Part shown: piece by piece, positions 28,682 to 37,782 of the stretch
Layout: each line of letters starts with the position of its first letter
Position numbering within the stretch: position 1 is the stretch's first letter
Assembly (NCBI GenBank): GCA_047150005.1
Contig: AP038806.1
Coordinates: 1,337,176 to 1,401,175 of the forward strand
Source: Nitrospira sp.
GTDB taxonomy: Bacteria; Nitrospirota; Nitrospiria; Nitrospirales; Nitrospiraceae
Length of the DNA: 64,000 nucleotides
Reading direction: 5' to 3'
Notes under the pieces: model-generated
Database searches by the model: none
What the model was told of the DNA's origin: nothing
Seen by the model: only the letters and a program-made list of their open reading frames with translations
Made by a program: the position numbers and the translations under genes

Positions 28682-29062
28682 ATGATGCCGGTGTGGGGAA
28701 TCGTGTGGGCCCTCATCGGCCTGCTCTCTTGGTCAGAGGCCCGGTCCGCGACGCCGGAAGAGTTGGAGCAGGGGCGCGCGATTTATGAGCGCCATTGCGC
28801 CGATTGCCACGGAACGGAAGGCCGCGGCGACGGCAAACTCGCGCCCTCCCTCTCGCCCAGACCTGGCAACTTCGTCTCGGCCCTGATGTCCGCGAAGACG
28901 GATCAGGACCTCCTGAAAATCATCGCCAACGGGCGGCCGCGGACCTCCATGGAGGGCTGGAACAACCGCTTGTCCGAGGAAGAACAACGCGCCGCGCTCG
29001 CGTACATCCGCTCGCTGGTCCGATTTTCACGCTCTTCAGCCACGCCGCCCCCAACCCGCTAG
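28682..29062 (+). CDS. Class I c-type cytochrome (monoheme)
   Basis: Signal peptide, CADCH heme motif and distal Met in GRPRTSMEGW. Confidence 0.92.
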   Translation: MMPVWGIVWALIGLLSWSEARSATPEELEQGRAIYERHCADCHGTEGRGDGKLAPSLSPRPGNFVSALMSAKTDQDLLKIIANGRPRTSMEGWNNRLSEEEQRAALAYIRSLVRFSRSSATPPPTR

Positions 29063-29150
29063 CCGACGTTCTGACCTCTTTCGGATCAAGAAATCCACGT
29101 GGTAAAGTACGCTCTTTGTCCCATGGTGCAACCGTAGGAGTCTTCACCAC

Positions 29151-30857
29151 ATGATTCGCCGGCACACGATCGCAGGGAGTTGCGTTGCATTTCTTGGTTC
29201 GCTGGTTCTCTCGTGCATGTTCCTGAACGGACCCTCCGCGTCCTTCGCCGCCTCAAAGGCCACAAAGAAGACGCAAGGCGATGGGACCTCTGCTGCGGTG
29301 GCGGTCCAGTTCGCCGAGGCGCTGTCGCGCGGCGCGGTCGCCGATGCGGTCAAGCTCGACTTTGCCTGCCAGTTTCGATTGGTGACGGCCAAGGGGGGTG
29401 CCCTGAAACCCTATCCGATTCCGACCGATCCATCCTACGAGGCCTGCTGGAACCAGCTCAAAATCGCGCACGAGCCTGCGCTCACGCACTCGGACGTCGG
29501 TATGGACATCCTGTGGCCGAGCAACGGTGGACTGGTATTTTTCCGCGAGGAACTCAACCATTATCCGGCGTCTGCCTTCGTCATGGACACCATCGGTCTC
29601 TCTCCGCCGGGAAGCGGACTGCATCTTAAGGTCGTTTCGACAAAGCCCCTGCCGAACGCTTCATTCCCGCTTCGGGACAACGCCCCGCTCGTCTCGGTAC
29701 CGGCGAATCTGGTGACGGTCGAGGTTCGCTACCAGGATCCGATCACCTCGCCCGTGACCAAAGCGCCCGGCAGCTACAAGTGGGCCAACACAGTGAAGCC
29801 GGCCAGACGCGCCCTCAAGAGCATCCACACTCAATGGGTCGTGTTGTCGGGACTGAAGAAACACGGCTTTCCCGGGGATGTCGCCGTCGTCAACCTTCTG
29901 GTGAAGGATGGAACTCCGGTCGACGGTATCGCTCAGGAGATCGTCCCCTTCGTGACGGTACGGAGCGGGCCGGTCGCGGGATCGCTCCAGTGGTGGAGCC
30001 CGGAGGACATGCCGGGATTGTTGGTGGCCTCCGCCGCCCGCGCCGCATCGTTTCCGAATCTGCGTGATCGGGTCGCGCTCCTGAACCGAGTGCTCATCAT
30101 CGATCCCAATCAGGCTGACGCTCTCACCGTGTTGACCAGAGACTTGTACAGCGTCGTCCTGCGGCAGGCTGTCGCCTTGCACAATTTGACCGTCAAGGAT
30201 CCGGCCCTCGCCATGGTGGTCAACGAGCACTATTGGAACATTTACGCCCAATCGACGCGCATGGACCTCTCACTGGGCATGGAAATGGGCGGCTTCGACA
30301 AGCCCACAACGGCCGACTATCTCTATCGACTCTTGCCGGCCTTGAAGACCTTGGCGCAGGTACGACCCGAGCAGCTCGACAACCGTTTTCGCTGGGGCGC
30401 GGCCCTCAGATGGAACAACGATCAGGATCTTTCCATCGAAGTCCTCGAAAAACTCGTCAAGGACGTTCCCGCCGAACGGAAGTCCGGCAAAGCCGAAGCA
30501 CTGCTGCAGCTCGCCTGGGCGCGCGTGAACAAGGTGGCCTGGAACCGGATCATGGACGATCCCGACGTGCGCGCCGCCTATTTGGACGCGGACCAGGCGT
30601 TCGCTCTTGCCGAACTGCCGCTCGACAAGTTTATCGCCGAATACACCAAAGCCTATAGTCTCCTGTTCAGCCCGACCAGGGACAATCGTGAGATGCTCGC
30701 ACTCCTGACGGAAGCGAGAAAATGGTTCGTCGAGGTGCCGGGCCAGACTCAGGAGATTTGGAATTTCTTCATCGGCGCGGAATCCCTCAAGTCGGTGCTC
30801 GATGCGGACCCGGTCTTCCAGCCCCTCTTGGCGTCTGAAGATCCGAAGCACGGATAG
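29151..30857 (+). CDS. Exported hypothetical protein with C-terminal TPR-like helices
   Basis: 568-aa ORF with an N-terminal signal/TM segment and a helical repeat C-terminus (VLIIDPNQADALTVL). Confidence 0.75.
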   Translation: MIRRHTIAGSCVAFLGSLVLSCMFLNGPSASFAASKATKKTQGDGTSAAVAVQFAEALSRGAVADAVKLDFACQFRLVTAKGGALKPYPIPTDPSYEACWNQLKIAHEPALTHSDVGMDILWPSNGGLVFFREELNHYPASAFVMDTIGLSPPGSGLHLKVVSTKPLPNASFPLRDNAPLVSVPANLVTVEVRYQDPITSPVTKAPGSYKWANTVKPARRALKSIHTQWVVLSGLKKHGFPGDVAVVNLLVKDGTPVDGIAQEIVPFVTVRSGPVAGSLQWWSPEDMPGLLVASAARAASFPNLRDRVALLNRVLIIDPNQADALTVLTRDLYSVVLRQAVALHNLTVKDPALAMVVNEHYWNIYAQSTRMDLSLGMEMGGFDKPTTADYLYRLLPALKTLAQVRPEQLDNRFRWGAALRWNNDQDLSIEVLEKLVKDVPAERKSGKAEALLQLAWARVNKVAWNRIMDDPDVRAAYLDADQAFALAELPLDKFIAEYTKAYSLLFSPTRDNREMLALLTEARKWFVEVPGQTQEIWNFFIGAESLKSVLDADPVFQPLLASEDPKHG

Positions 30858-30893
30858 CGCCTGTCGCGGTGAGTTTCGCGCGGTTGTTGCCGC

Positions 30894-31607
30894 ATGTTCC
30901 GGTTGAGCTCCGACCCAGGTGATCTCCGGTTCCCGCCCGTGGAGGCGGCGTCATCGCAGGGCCTCCTTGCCGTCGGCGGCGATTTGAGCCCGCAGCGGTT
31001 GCTTGCAGCCTACCGGCGCGGCATTTTCCCCTGGTATCAGGACGACCAGCCGATTCTCTGGTGGTCGCCGGATCCTCGAGCCGTGCTTTTCCCACACAAG
31101 CTCCATATCTCCCGCAGCCTCGCGCGGACAATCCGCCGCGCCGACTTCACCGTGACCCTCGACACCTGTTTTCGCCGAGTCATGACTCACTGCGCGGGTC
31201 CCAGGCCGCAGCACCCCGAAGGAGGCACCTGGATCACTCCGGAGATGCTTGAAGCGTACTCGACGCTCCATGAGATGGGCTACGCCCATTCAATTGAAAC
31301 ATGGCAGCAAGACCAACTGGTCGGCGGGGTATACGGCATGGCGCTCGGGGGAGCCTTTTTCGCCGAGTCCATGTTTACGAAGGTGGATGACTCATCGAAA
31401 GTGGCGCTGGCCTTGCTGGTTCGACAACTTCATGCCTGGGGATTCACCCTATTCGATTGTCAGCAATCCTCACCGCATGTCATGCGTTTCGGCGCCGAAG
31501 ACCTTCCGCGCCGCGAATTCATCACACACTTGACCGCAGCGCTCAAACTTCCAGGCCGTACAGGACGGTGGGAGCTAGAGCAGAGGCCAGAAAACAGGGG
31601 CCAATAG
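30894..31607 (+). CDS. aat: Leucyl/phenylalanyl-tRNA--protein transferase
   Basis: GLLAVGGDLSPQRLLAAYRRGIFPWY, LWWSPDPR, TWIT and FFAESMF. Confidence 0.96.
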   Translation: MFRLSSDPGDLRFPPVEAASSQGLLAVGGDLSPQRLLAAYRRGIFPWYQDDQPILWWSPDPRAVLFPHKLHISRSLARTIRRADFTVTLDTCFRRVMTHCAGPRPQHPEGGTWITPEMLEAYSTLHEMGYAHSIETWQQDQLVGGVYGMALGGAFFAESMFTKVDDSSKVALALLVRQLHAWGFTLFDCQQSSPHVMRFGAEDLPRREFITHLTAALKLPGRTGRWELEQRPENRGQ

Positions 31608-31735
31608 GGTTAGGACAACCACCGTAGCAACGGCCGAAACGTGGTGAGGCACTATGCCTTCCTTACCACTTAAGACCACCACCTGATACCAGATTGGCGA
31701 GGACGGACGAGCGGGCCAGCGACAGGCCCCGCAAT

Positions 31736-33103
31736 CTATCCTTTCCCCATCTTGGCCACCTCGGCAAAATAATGCGCGAAGGCTTTCATCCCGCCCGACG
31801 CCTGACCCCAATCGAAGTATTCATTCGGCGCGTGGTAGCCGTGCTCAGGCAGACTGAGGCCCAAAAATAGAATCGGCACCTTCCACATCTTCTGCATCGT
31901 GACCACCGCACCGATCGAGCCACCCTCCCGGATAAAGGCCGGCTCTTTGCCGAACCCGGCCTTCGCGGCCCGCTTCACGCATTCCACGTAGGTGCCGTCG
32001 AAGCTGCCCTTGAACGGGTGCAGCATCCCTTCCGGCTCCACGCGGACGTTCGGATTGAGCTTCCGCACGTACGCCTTGAGCAATGCGAAGATCTTTTCCG
32101 GAGTCTGGTTCGGCACGAGCCTCATGCTGACTTTCAGTTCGCCATGGCCGGGCACGATGGTCTTCACACCGGGGCCGTGATACCCGCCGGTCAAACCATG
32201 CACCTCGAACGTCGGCGCCGCCCAGATGCGGCGGGTCACTTCCGCGGGAACCTCCGTCCGCAGCGAGTGAAATCCATAGGCCTCCTTGAACCGCTTGACC
32301 GCGAATCCCGACTTCAAGAAGCTGGCAATCTCAGCCTTGGTCGGAGCGGTCACCTCTTTGTAGAATCCGGGAATCTTGACCTCCCCGGTCTTCGCGTTCA
32401 CGCAAGCCATGGCCACATCCATCAGTTCGGCCAGAGGGTTTCTGGCCGCCCCTCCCGTCACGCCGGAATGGGCGTCCTTGCTGCCGGTGCGGAGCGACAA
32501 TCTGGCTCCGATCAAGCCACGCAACCCATAAGGCATGGCCGGCCGCCCTTTCGCAATCCAGATCGTGTCGGATACGATCACCGAATCGGGACACGGAACC
32601 CTCGCTCGGTCTTTCAGCCCCGCGGCAAAATGCGGACTCCCGATTTCTTCCTCCAGCTCCCAGAGGAACCGGATATTGATCGGTACGCCCTGCTCCACCG
32701 CCAATCGGGCTCCAAAGAGGGCGGAAAGTGCCGGTCCTTTGTCGTCCGTCGCACCCCGACCCCAATAGATGCCGTTTTCGTTCGCGAAGGCGAACGGGTC
32801 TCTCGTCCACTCCGCTTCCTGCGCCGGCTGGACGTCCATGTGGTTGTAGATCGTCACGGTGGGATGATGTGACCCGGTCATCCAGCCGCCCGATACGATC
32901 GGATAGCCGCCGGTTTCCACAATCCGAGCCTCCGCATCCAATCCCCTCAGCACATCGACGGCCATGGTCGCCATGCGTCGGATGTCGCCGGCGCGCGCCG
33001 GATCCATGCTGATCGACGGGATCTCGACCATCTGCCCGAGCAGGTCTTCAAATCGCGTGCGGCAGTCCGGCACATATTTCTCGAGAACGGCATTCAGGCT
33101 CAT
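31736..33103 (-). CDS. M20/M25/M40 family metallopeptidase (dipeptidase-like)
   Basis: YNHMDVQP, GRGATDDKG, ELEEEIGS and YHAPNE motifs. Confidence 0.93.
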   Translation of the reverse strand: MSLNAVLEKYVPDCRTRFEDLLGQMVEIPSISMDPARAGDIRRMATMAVDVLRGLDAEARIVETGGYPIVSGGWMTGSHHPTVTIYNHMDVQPAQEAEWTRDPFAFANENGIYWGRGATDDKGPALSALFGARLAVEQGVPINIRFLWELEEEIGSPHFAAGLKDRARVPCPDSVIVSDTIWIAKGRPAMPYGLRGLIGARLSLRTGSKDAHSGVTGGAARNPLAELMDVAMACVNAKTGEVKIPGFYKEVTAPTKAEIASFLKSGFAVKRFKEAYGFHSLRTEVPAEVTRRIWAAPTFEVHGLTGGYHGPGVKTIVPGHGELKVSMRLVPNQTPEKIFALLKAYVRKLNPNVRVEPEGMLHPFKGSFDGTYVECVKRAAKAGFGKEPAFIREGGSIGAVVTMQKMWKVPILFLGLSLPEHGYHAPNEYFDWGQASGGMKAFAHYFAEVAKMGKG

Positions 33104-33208
33104 GAGCAGGTCCTCCACAAGATCGTCGCGGATTATAGCGGCTGTCCGGCTCGGACGAAAGAGAACGGCCGCGGCTCCGGCGTTCGCGGCATGCTAGAAT
33201 GACGCGCG

Positions 33209-33673
33209 ATGAGACGCCCCTCGCAGGTTTTCGTGTTGCCGTTCGTCGCGGCATGCCTCTGCATCTCTCTCCGGTTCCCCGCGCCGGCTGCGGGGGATCC
33301 GCTCAGCGTGAGCGAGATCTTGGAGGAACCGCGCGTCTTTCACCTCAAGCAAGTGGTGTTGCAGGGTACGGTCAGAAATGTGCAGCCGCTCGATCCGTAC
33401 AAATTGCCGGCTGGCACGACTTGCTATGGAGCCTATCTGTTCCATTTGGAGGACGACACGGCATCCATCGGCGTCGCAGTGTTCGGCCAGTGCGGTGTGC
33501 CGATCGTGAAGGATCCGGACGTGGAGAACGGAGCACGGATCGAACTTCGCGCGACGATCCAGGCTCCGAGCCACGGCGGATACTATCTCAGTTTCCAAGG
33601 TCTTAAGGTGGCGGGGGAGCGGGAGGGCGTGGTGCAGGCCGTTGCCGACCAGATCACTCCGCTGAGCGAGTGA
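33209..33673 (+). CDS. Exported hypothetical protein, OB-fold-like
   Basis: Signal peptide and a VSEILEEPRVFHLKQVVLQGTV...FHLEDDTASIGV pattern typical of OB-fold domains. Confidence 0.7.
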   Translation: MRRPSQVFVLPFVAACLCISLRFPAPAAGDPLSVSEILEEPRVFHLKQVVLQGTVRNVQPLDPYKLPAGTTCYGAYLFHLEDDTASIGVAVFGQCGVPIVKDPDVENGARIELRATIQAPSHGGYYLSFQGLKVAGEREGVVQAVADQITPLSE

Positions 33674-33676
33674 CCG

Positions 33677-34468
33677 ATGCCACGCCGACCCATCCCATCG
33701 TACGCTCTACTCGGCTTCCTCTGCTTCTTGGCAGCCTGCAGCAGTAGCCGAGGCCTCCCGGTCGAGCCGCTGCAAGAGATTCTTCGTGAGGAGGCCGGTC
33801 GATTCGAAACTCCATCGGCCGCGCCGCCGGCGCCGTCGTTTCACATCCGGACCGAGTCCCCGGCCCTGGGGCTCTACCTCAAACGGGCTGGAATTCTACC
33901 GCACGATTTCCAATGGACGGATCGGAATCGGGACCACGTATTGGCCTGGGCAAAGGTCTTGGTAGAGAACGGAGATCTGAAGGGCGCTCAGTACATCCCT
34001 CGATCGTCGTTGAAAGGATTTCAGCTGGTCCAGCTCCGTGATTCGGCCGCGCGATACGGAGCCGATCTATTGTTGGTCCTCGATGGGGCCGGGGCGGTTG
34101 ATCGTTACAACAACTACAAGGCGTCATGGCTGTACTGGACCATCCTCGGCGCCTACTTTGCAGATGGAACTTACAGTGACGCGCTGTGCCTGGTGCGAGG
34201 CTCTCTGTGGGACGTCAAGAGTGGCTCCCTCCTCTTCGAAGCGGAAGCGCAGGGCCGCGCCCATACGGTCGGGCCCGCCGCGTTATTGGACGATGAGGAG
34301 GCGGTCGAGCAAGCGAAAACGAAAGCACTGGAGGATTTGGAGCGCAAGGTGACGGAAGGACTCAACCGCATCCGGAAGCCTCCAGGGGCGGACCGGTCCG
34401 TCATCGAGAATCAAAGCTCCAGAGCGCTGAAAAGAACAGGAGGTTCTGAGATGGGGTCAGTCCGATGA
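33677..34468 (+). CDS. Hypothetical lipoprotein
   Basis: Lipobox FLAA-C. Co-oriented 3 bp after the previous gene. Confidence 0.72.
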   Translation: MPRRPIPSYALLGFLCFLAACSSSRGLPVEPLQEILREEAGRFETPSAAPPAPSFHIRTESPALGLYLKRAGILPHDFQWTDRNRDHVLAWAKVLVENGDLKGAQYIPRSSLKGFQLVQLRDSAARYGADLLLVLDGAGAVDRYNNYKASWLYWTILGAYFADGTYSDALCLVRGSLWDVKSGSLLFEAEAQGRAHTVGPAALLDDEEAVEQAKTKALEDLERKVTEGLNRIRKPPGADRSVIENQSSRALKRTGGSEMGSVR

Positions 34469-35642
34469 CGCCGGGAGCGATCTGCCCCCCTGTGTAGAAT
34501 CCTCCTTGCGGTCCTGTGGAATTGTCGAACCGGTATTCGAGACGAAAGATCGTGGTCGTCCAGGCGTACTCCCATTTATACTCCAAGGTGGTCGTGACGG
34601 CCTTGATGAACTGTTTCGCGCCCGTTAAAATCCCGTTCGGGTCATAGTACAGTTCAGGTCGCACTGCGACCGCCCAGAGCCGCGCCATCTGCCAACGGGT
34701 CCAGATCGCGCCTCCCGTCCACAACTCCTGTTCTTCTCCCGCCTCCGGGATCGCGCGTTCGGTGCCGATGTCGTAGGCCATCGCGATCGTGACATCGCCG
34801 CGTTTCCATTCCAGAATGCTATCCGAGAAGAAGCGCCAATATTTGAGCTGCGTATTCGACTGATCCGGTCCGTAGTAGAGGTTTTGGGTGAAGGTCAGCT
34901 CCGGCGAAGCCGCCCAACTGACCTGCGTACCATAACCGGGAAGGTTGTTGGGGTATGAGAGGAAGTTGTATCGGTTGATGATGTAGAACGCGGTCTTGAC
35001 CGTTTCGCTGAACCGGTACTGGGCGGAGGCTCCGAACATGAAATAGGGCGCATAATCCGATACGTAGGCTCTCGTATAATTGAAGTTGTTCTTGGCATAG
35101 AACGATTCGTAGCCGATAAAGCTGTTGAACAACCCCGCCGTGAGCGTGAGACCCGTTCCAATCGGCGCGAGATAAGACACGTTGGCACGGGAAAAGTGAC
35201 TGAAGGTATCCGCGGGCTCATAGGGGTCTCCGAACCGGTTGCTGGCATTGGGAACCTCCCCGTCCACATCGCGCCCCGTTTGAAGGGCGAATTCCATTCC
35301 CCAACGGGATGACTCGTTCGCGTCTTTCCTGACATAGGCCAGCGCCATGTTGAGGTTCGGATCATTGACTCGCTGCGTCGTAACCTTGCTGCGCCACTGA
35401 TGATTCTCGGGGAAGTTGAAATCGATTGCATAGCTCAGATCAAGATAGAGACCGTAGCGCCACAGCGATCTCGGTTTTTCGTCGTTTTGAGCGGCGTCGG
35501 ATTCTGCCTGTGTGACCAGAACAGCCGGAACCTGCGCCGCGCCTGCCGGCAGGGCACCAGCCGGCCAGGCTGAAACAAGCATCACGGTGAAGCACGTGCC
35601 GATTTTCAGGAGATCGACGGTCGTTCCCGCCCGCACGATCAC
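34401..35642 (-). CDS. Outer-membrane beta-barrel porin (OmpL-like/bbp2-type), copy 1
   Basis: Signal peptide, aromatic-rich strands, GLFNSFIGYESFYAKNNFNY motif and C-terminal ALWSFDS. Paralog of 35829-37040. Confidence 0.85.
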   Translation of the reverse strand: MIVRAGTTVDLLKIGTCFTVMLVSAWPAGALPAGAAQVPAVLVTQAESDAAQNDEKPRSLWRYGLYLDLSYAIDFNFPENHQWRSKVTTQRVNDPNLNMALAYVRKDANESSRWGMEFALQTGRDVDGEVPNASNRFGDPYEPADTFSHFSRANVSYLAPIGTGLTLTAGLFNSFIGYESFYAKNNFNYTRAYVSDYAPYFMFGASAQYRFSETVKTAFYIINRYNFLSYPNNLPGYGTQVSWAASPELTFTQNLYYGPDQSNTQLKYWRFFSDSILEWKRGDVTIAMAYDIGTERAIPEAGEEQELWTGGAIWTRWQMARLWAVAVRPELYYDPNGILTGAKQFIKAVTTTLEYKWEYAWTTTIFRLEYRFDNSTGPQGGFYTGGQIAPGVIGLTPSQNLLFFSALWSFDSR

Positions 35643-35828
35643 ACCGGTTCACGCCGACGGCTGAGACCATCCGCTGAAGACAGAAAGCTCCTCCGGTCTT
35701 GATACCTTCCGAACACGTTTGCTCCGCCTTTTTATCTCATTTTGACGGATAATGCGCTATCGTGTCCGGCGGGAACGGCGGGATGCTTCACTGATTCGGG
35801 CCGTACACGAGAAGGAGGAGCCGTTCGA

Positions 35829-37040
35829 GTGAACTGGACCCTGTTGCGGACGCTTGGTCTGGCCGGCTGGTTGGGCGCCACCATCATTCCGGTTCCCGCA
35901 TCGGCTGAAGAGGCAACGCCTCGACCGTCCTCCGGCAACTTTCCCGTCTCCGACGCGCAGGCAGAATCGCCGGCTAAACCCCTGTCCTCCGACAAGCCTC
36001 TGTGGCACTATGGAGGATTCCTCGATCTCGGCTATTCGCTCAATTTTAATTTTCCAGCGAATCATTTTTTCCGCGATCGCAGCACGACACCGAAAGTCAA
36101 CGAGTTCAATCTGAACATGATCGGCGGATATGTTCGGAAAGATGCGACGGAATCCTCGCGGTGGGGGACGGAGTTGCTTGTGCAAACCGGTGAGGACTCG
36201 AAGGCCTTTGGCTTTGCGGTCGGTCTACCCAAGGTGTCGGATTCGGACGTCTGGCGCCACTTCGGACGAGCGAATGTGTCCTATCTGGCTCCTATCGGGA
36301 ACGGGCTGACCGTGCAGGCGGGATTGTTCAACAGCTTTATCGGCTACGAGTCGCTCTATGCCAAGGACAACGGCAACTACACCCGCGCCTGGATCGCGGA
36401 CTATTCGCCCTACTTGATGTTCGGAGTGAATGCCCAATACCAGTTCAACGAGCGATGGAGCGGTGCCTTCTTTATCATCAATGATTATTTCCATCTCGAA
36501 AATTCGAACAATGTTCCAAGCTACGGAGGGCAGGTGCAATACAAGCCGGTTCCGGCTTGGACTATCAAAGAAACGATCTATTACGGGCCCGATCAGTCCG
36601 ACACCGCCATAGAATTTTGGCGTTTCTTCTCAGACAGCATCATCGAATGGAAAAGAGACCGCGTCACTCTGGCCATTGACTATCAGGTCGGGACCCAGAA
36701 AAACGCTTCAGCTCCCGGGAATCCTCGGGATTTCTACACTGGAGCCACCCTGGAAACACAATGGCGGATTGCCGGCCCCTGGGCGGTCTCGATCAGGCCT
36801 GAGTTCTATTGGGACCGAAACGGTCTGATGACGGGATCCGAGCAATTCATCAAGGCCATCACGACCACGGGAGAGTATCGGATTCCCTACAAGTGGACCA
36901 ATACGATCTGCCGCCTGGAATACCGGTACGACGATTCCACCGGACCGGGTGGGGGATTCTTCAAGGGCACGAACAACGTGCTCACGCCGGGGCAGCAGAT
37001 GCTGATCTTCTCCGTGGTCGGCACATTCGATTCGCCCTGA
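35829..37040 (+). CDS. Outer-membrane beta-barrel porin (OmpL-like/bbp2-type), copy 2
   Basis: GTG start after a GAAGGAGGAG SD, GLFNSFIGYESLYAKDNGNY motif and C-terminal VVGTFDS. Confidence 0.85.
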   Translation: MNWTLLRTLGLAGWLGATIIPVPASAEEATPRPSSGNFPVSDAQAESPAKPLSSDKPLWHYGGFLDLGYSLNFNFPANHFFRDRSTTPKVNEFNLNMIGGYVRKDATESSRWGTELLVQTGEDSKAFGFAVGLPKVSDSDVWRHFGRANVSYLAPIGNGLTVQAGLFNSFIGYESLYAKDNGNYTRAWIADYSPYLMFGVNAQYQFNERWSGAFFIINDYFHLENSNNVPSYGGQVQYKPVPAWTIKETIYYGPDQSDTAIEFWRFFSDSIIEWKRDRVTLAIDYQVGTQKNASAPGNPRDFYTGATLETQWRIAGPWAVSIRPEFYWDRNGLMTGSEQFIKAITTTGEYRIPYKWTNTICRLEYRYDDSTGPGGGFFKGTNNVLTPGQQMLIFSVVGTFDSP

Positions 37041-37045
37041 ATGTC

Positions 37046-37741
37046 TCAGTCGGTCCTCAGCCGGTAACCGACTCCCAACTCCGTGACCAGGTGTTTCGGA
37101 TGCGCCGGATTGACCTCCACCTTGTTCCGGAGCTGGCGCATATACACTCGGAGGTAGTGGGATTCCTCGACATGCAACGGACCCCACACCTCTTTGAGCA
37201 ACTGGCGATGGGTCAGGACCTTTCCGGCATGCCGGACAAGAGCCGTGAGCAGCTTGTATTCGATCGGGGTGAGACGAATTTCTCTCCCCGACACGAACAC
37301 CTGCCTCCGCCCGAGATCAACTCGCAATCCCTCGACCGAGAACACCGATTCGCCGGCCTCGGCGACACGAGCGACATGCCTCAAAGCGGTGCGCATCCGA
37401 GCCAGAAGCTCGTGAACCCCGAACGGCTTGGTCACATAGTCATCGGCGCCCTGGTCGAGGGCCCCGACTTTCATCTGCTCCTGCTCCCGGGCCGACAGCA
37501 CGATGATCGGCGTGGCCGTCCACTCCCGCACCTGTCGAATCACTTCGGTTCCGTCAAGATCCGGCAGACCGAGATCGAGCAAGATCAGATCCGGGTTTCG
37601 CGCCTTGGCCTCAGTGAGGCCCTCCTGTCCCGTCGTCGCTTCTATCAATCGAAAGCCGTGTGCGGGCAACGTGGTGCGCAGAAATCGCCGGATCTCCGGT
37701 TCGTCCTCTATGACAAGCACGGTGGCTTCTTGTCCGGACAT
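37046..37741 (-). CDS. kdpE: Response regulator KdpE
   Basis: Receiver VLVIEDE/LLDLGLPD/ADDYVTKPF and OmpR-type HTH YLRVYMRQLRNK. Confidence 0.96.
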   Translation of the reverse strand: MSGQEATVLVIEDEPEIRRFLRTTLPAHGFRLIEATTGQEGLTEAKARNPDLILLDLGLPDLDGTEVIRQVREWTATPIIVLSAREQEQMKVGALDQGADDYVTKPFGVHELLARMRTALRHVARVAEAGESVFSVEGLRVDLGRRQVFVSGREIRLTPIEYKLLTALVRHAGKVLTHRQLLKEVWGPLHVEESHYLRVYMRQLRNKVEVNPAHPKHLVTELGVGYRLRTD

Positions 37742-37782
37742 CACGGGGATTGCCTCTCGGTGATCATGGTGTTCAGGATCGA

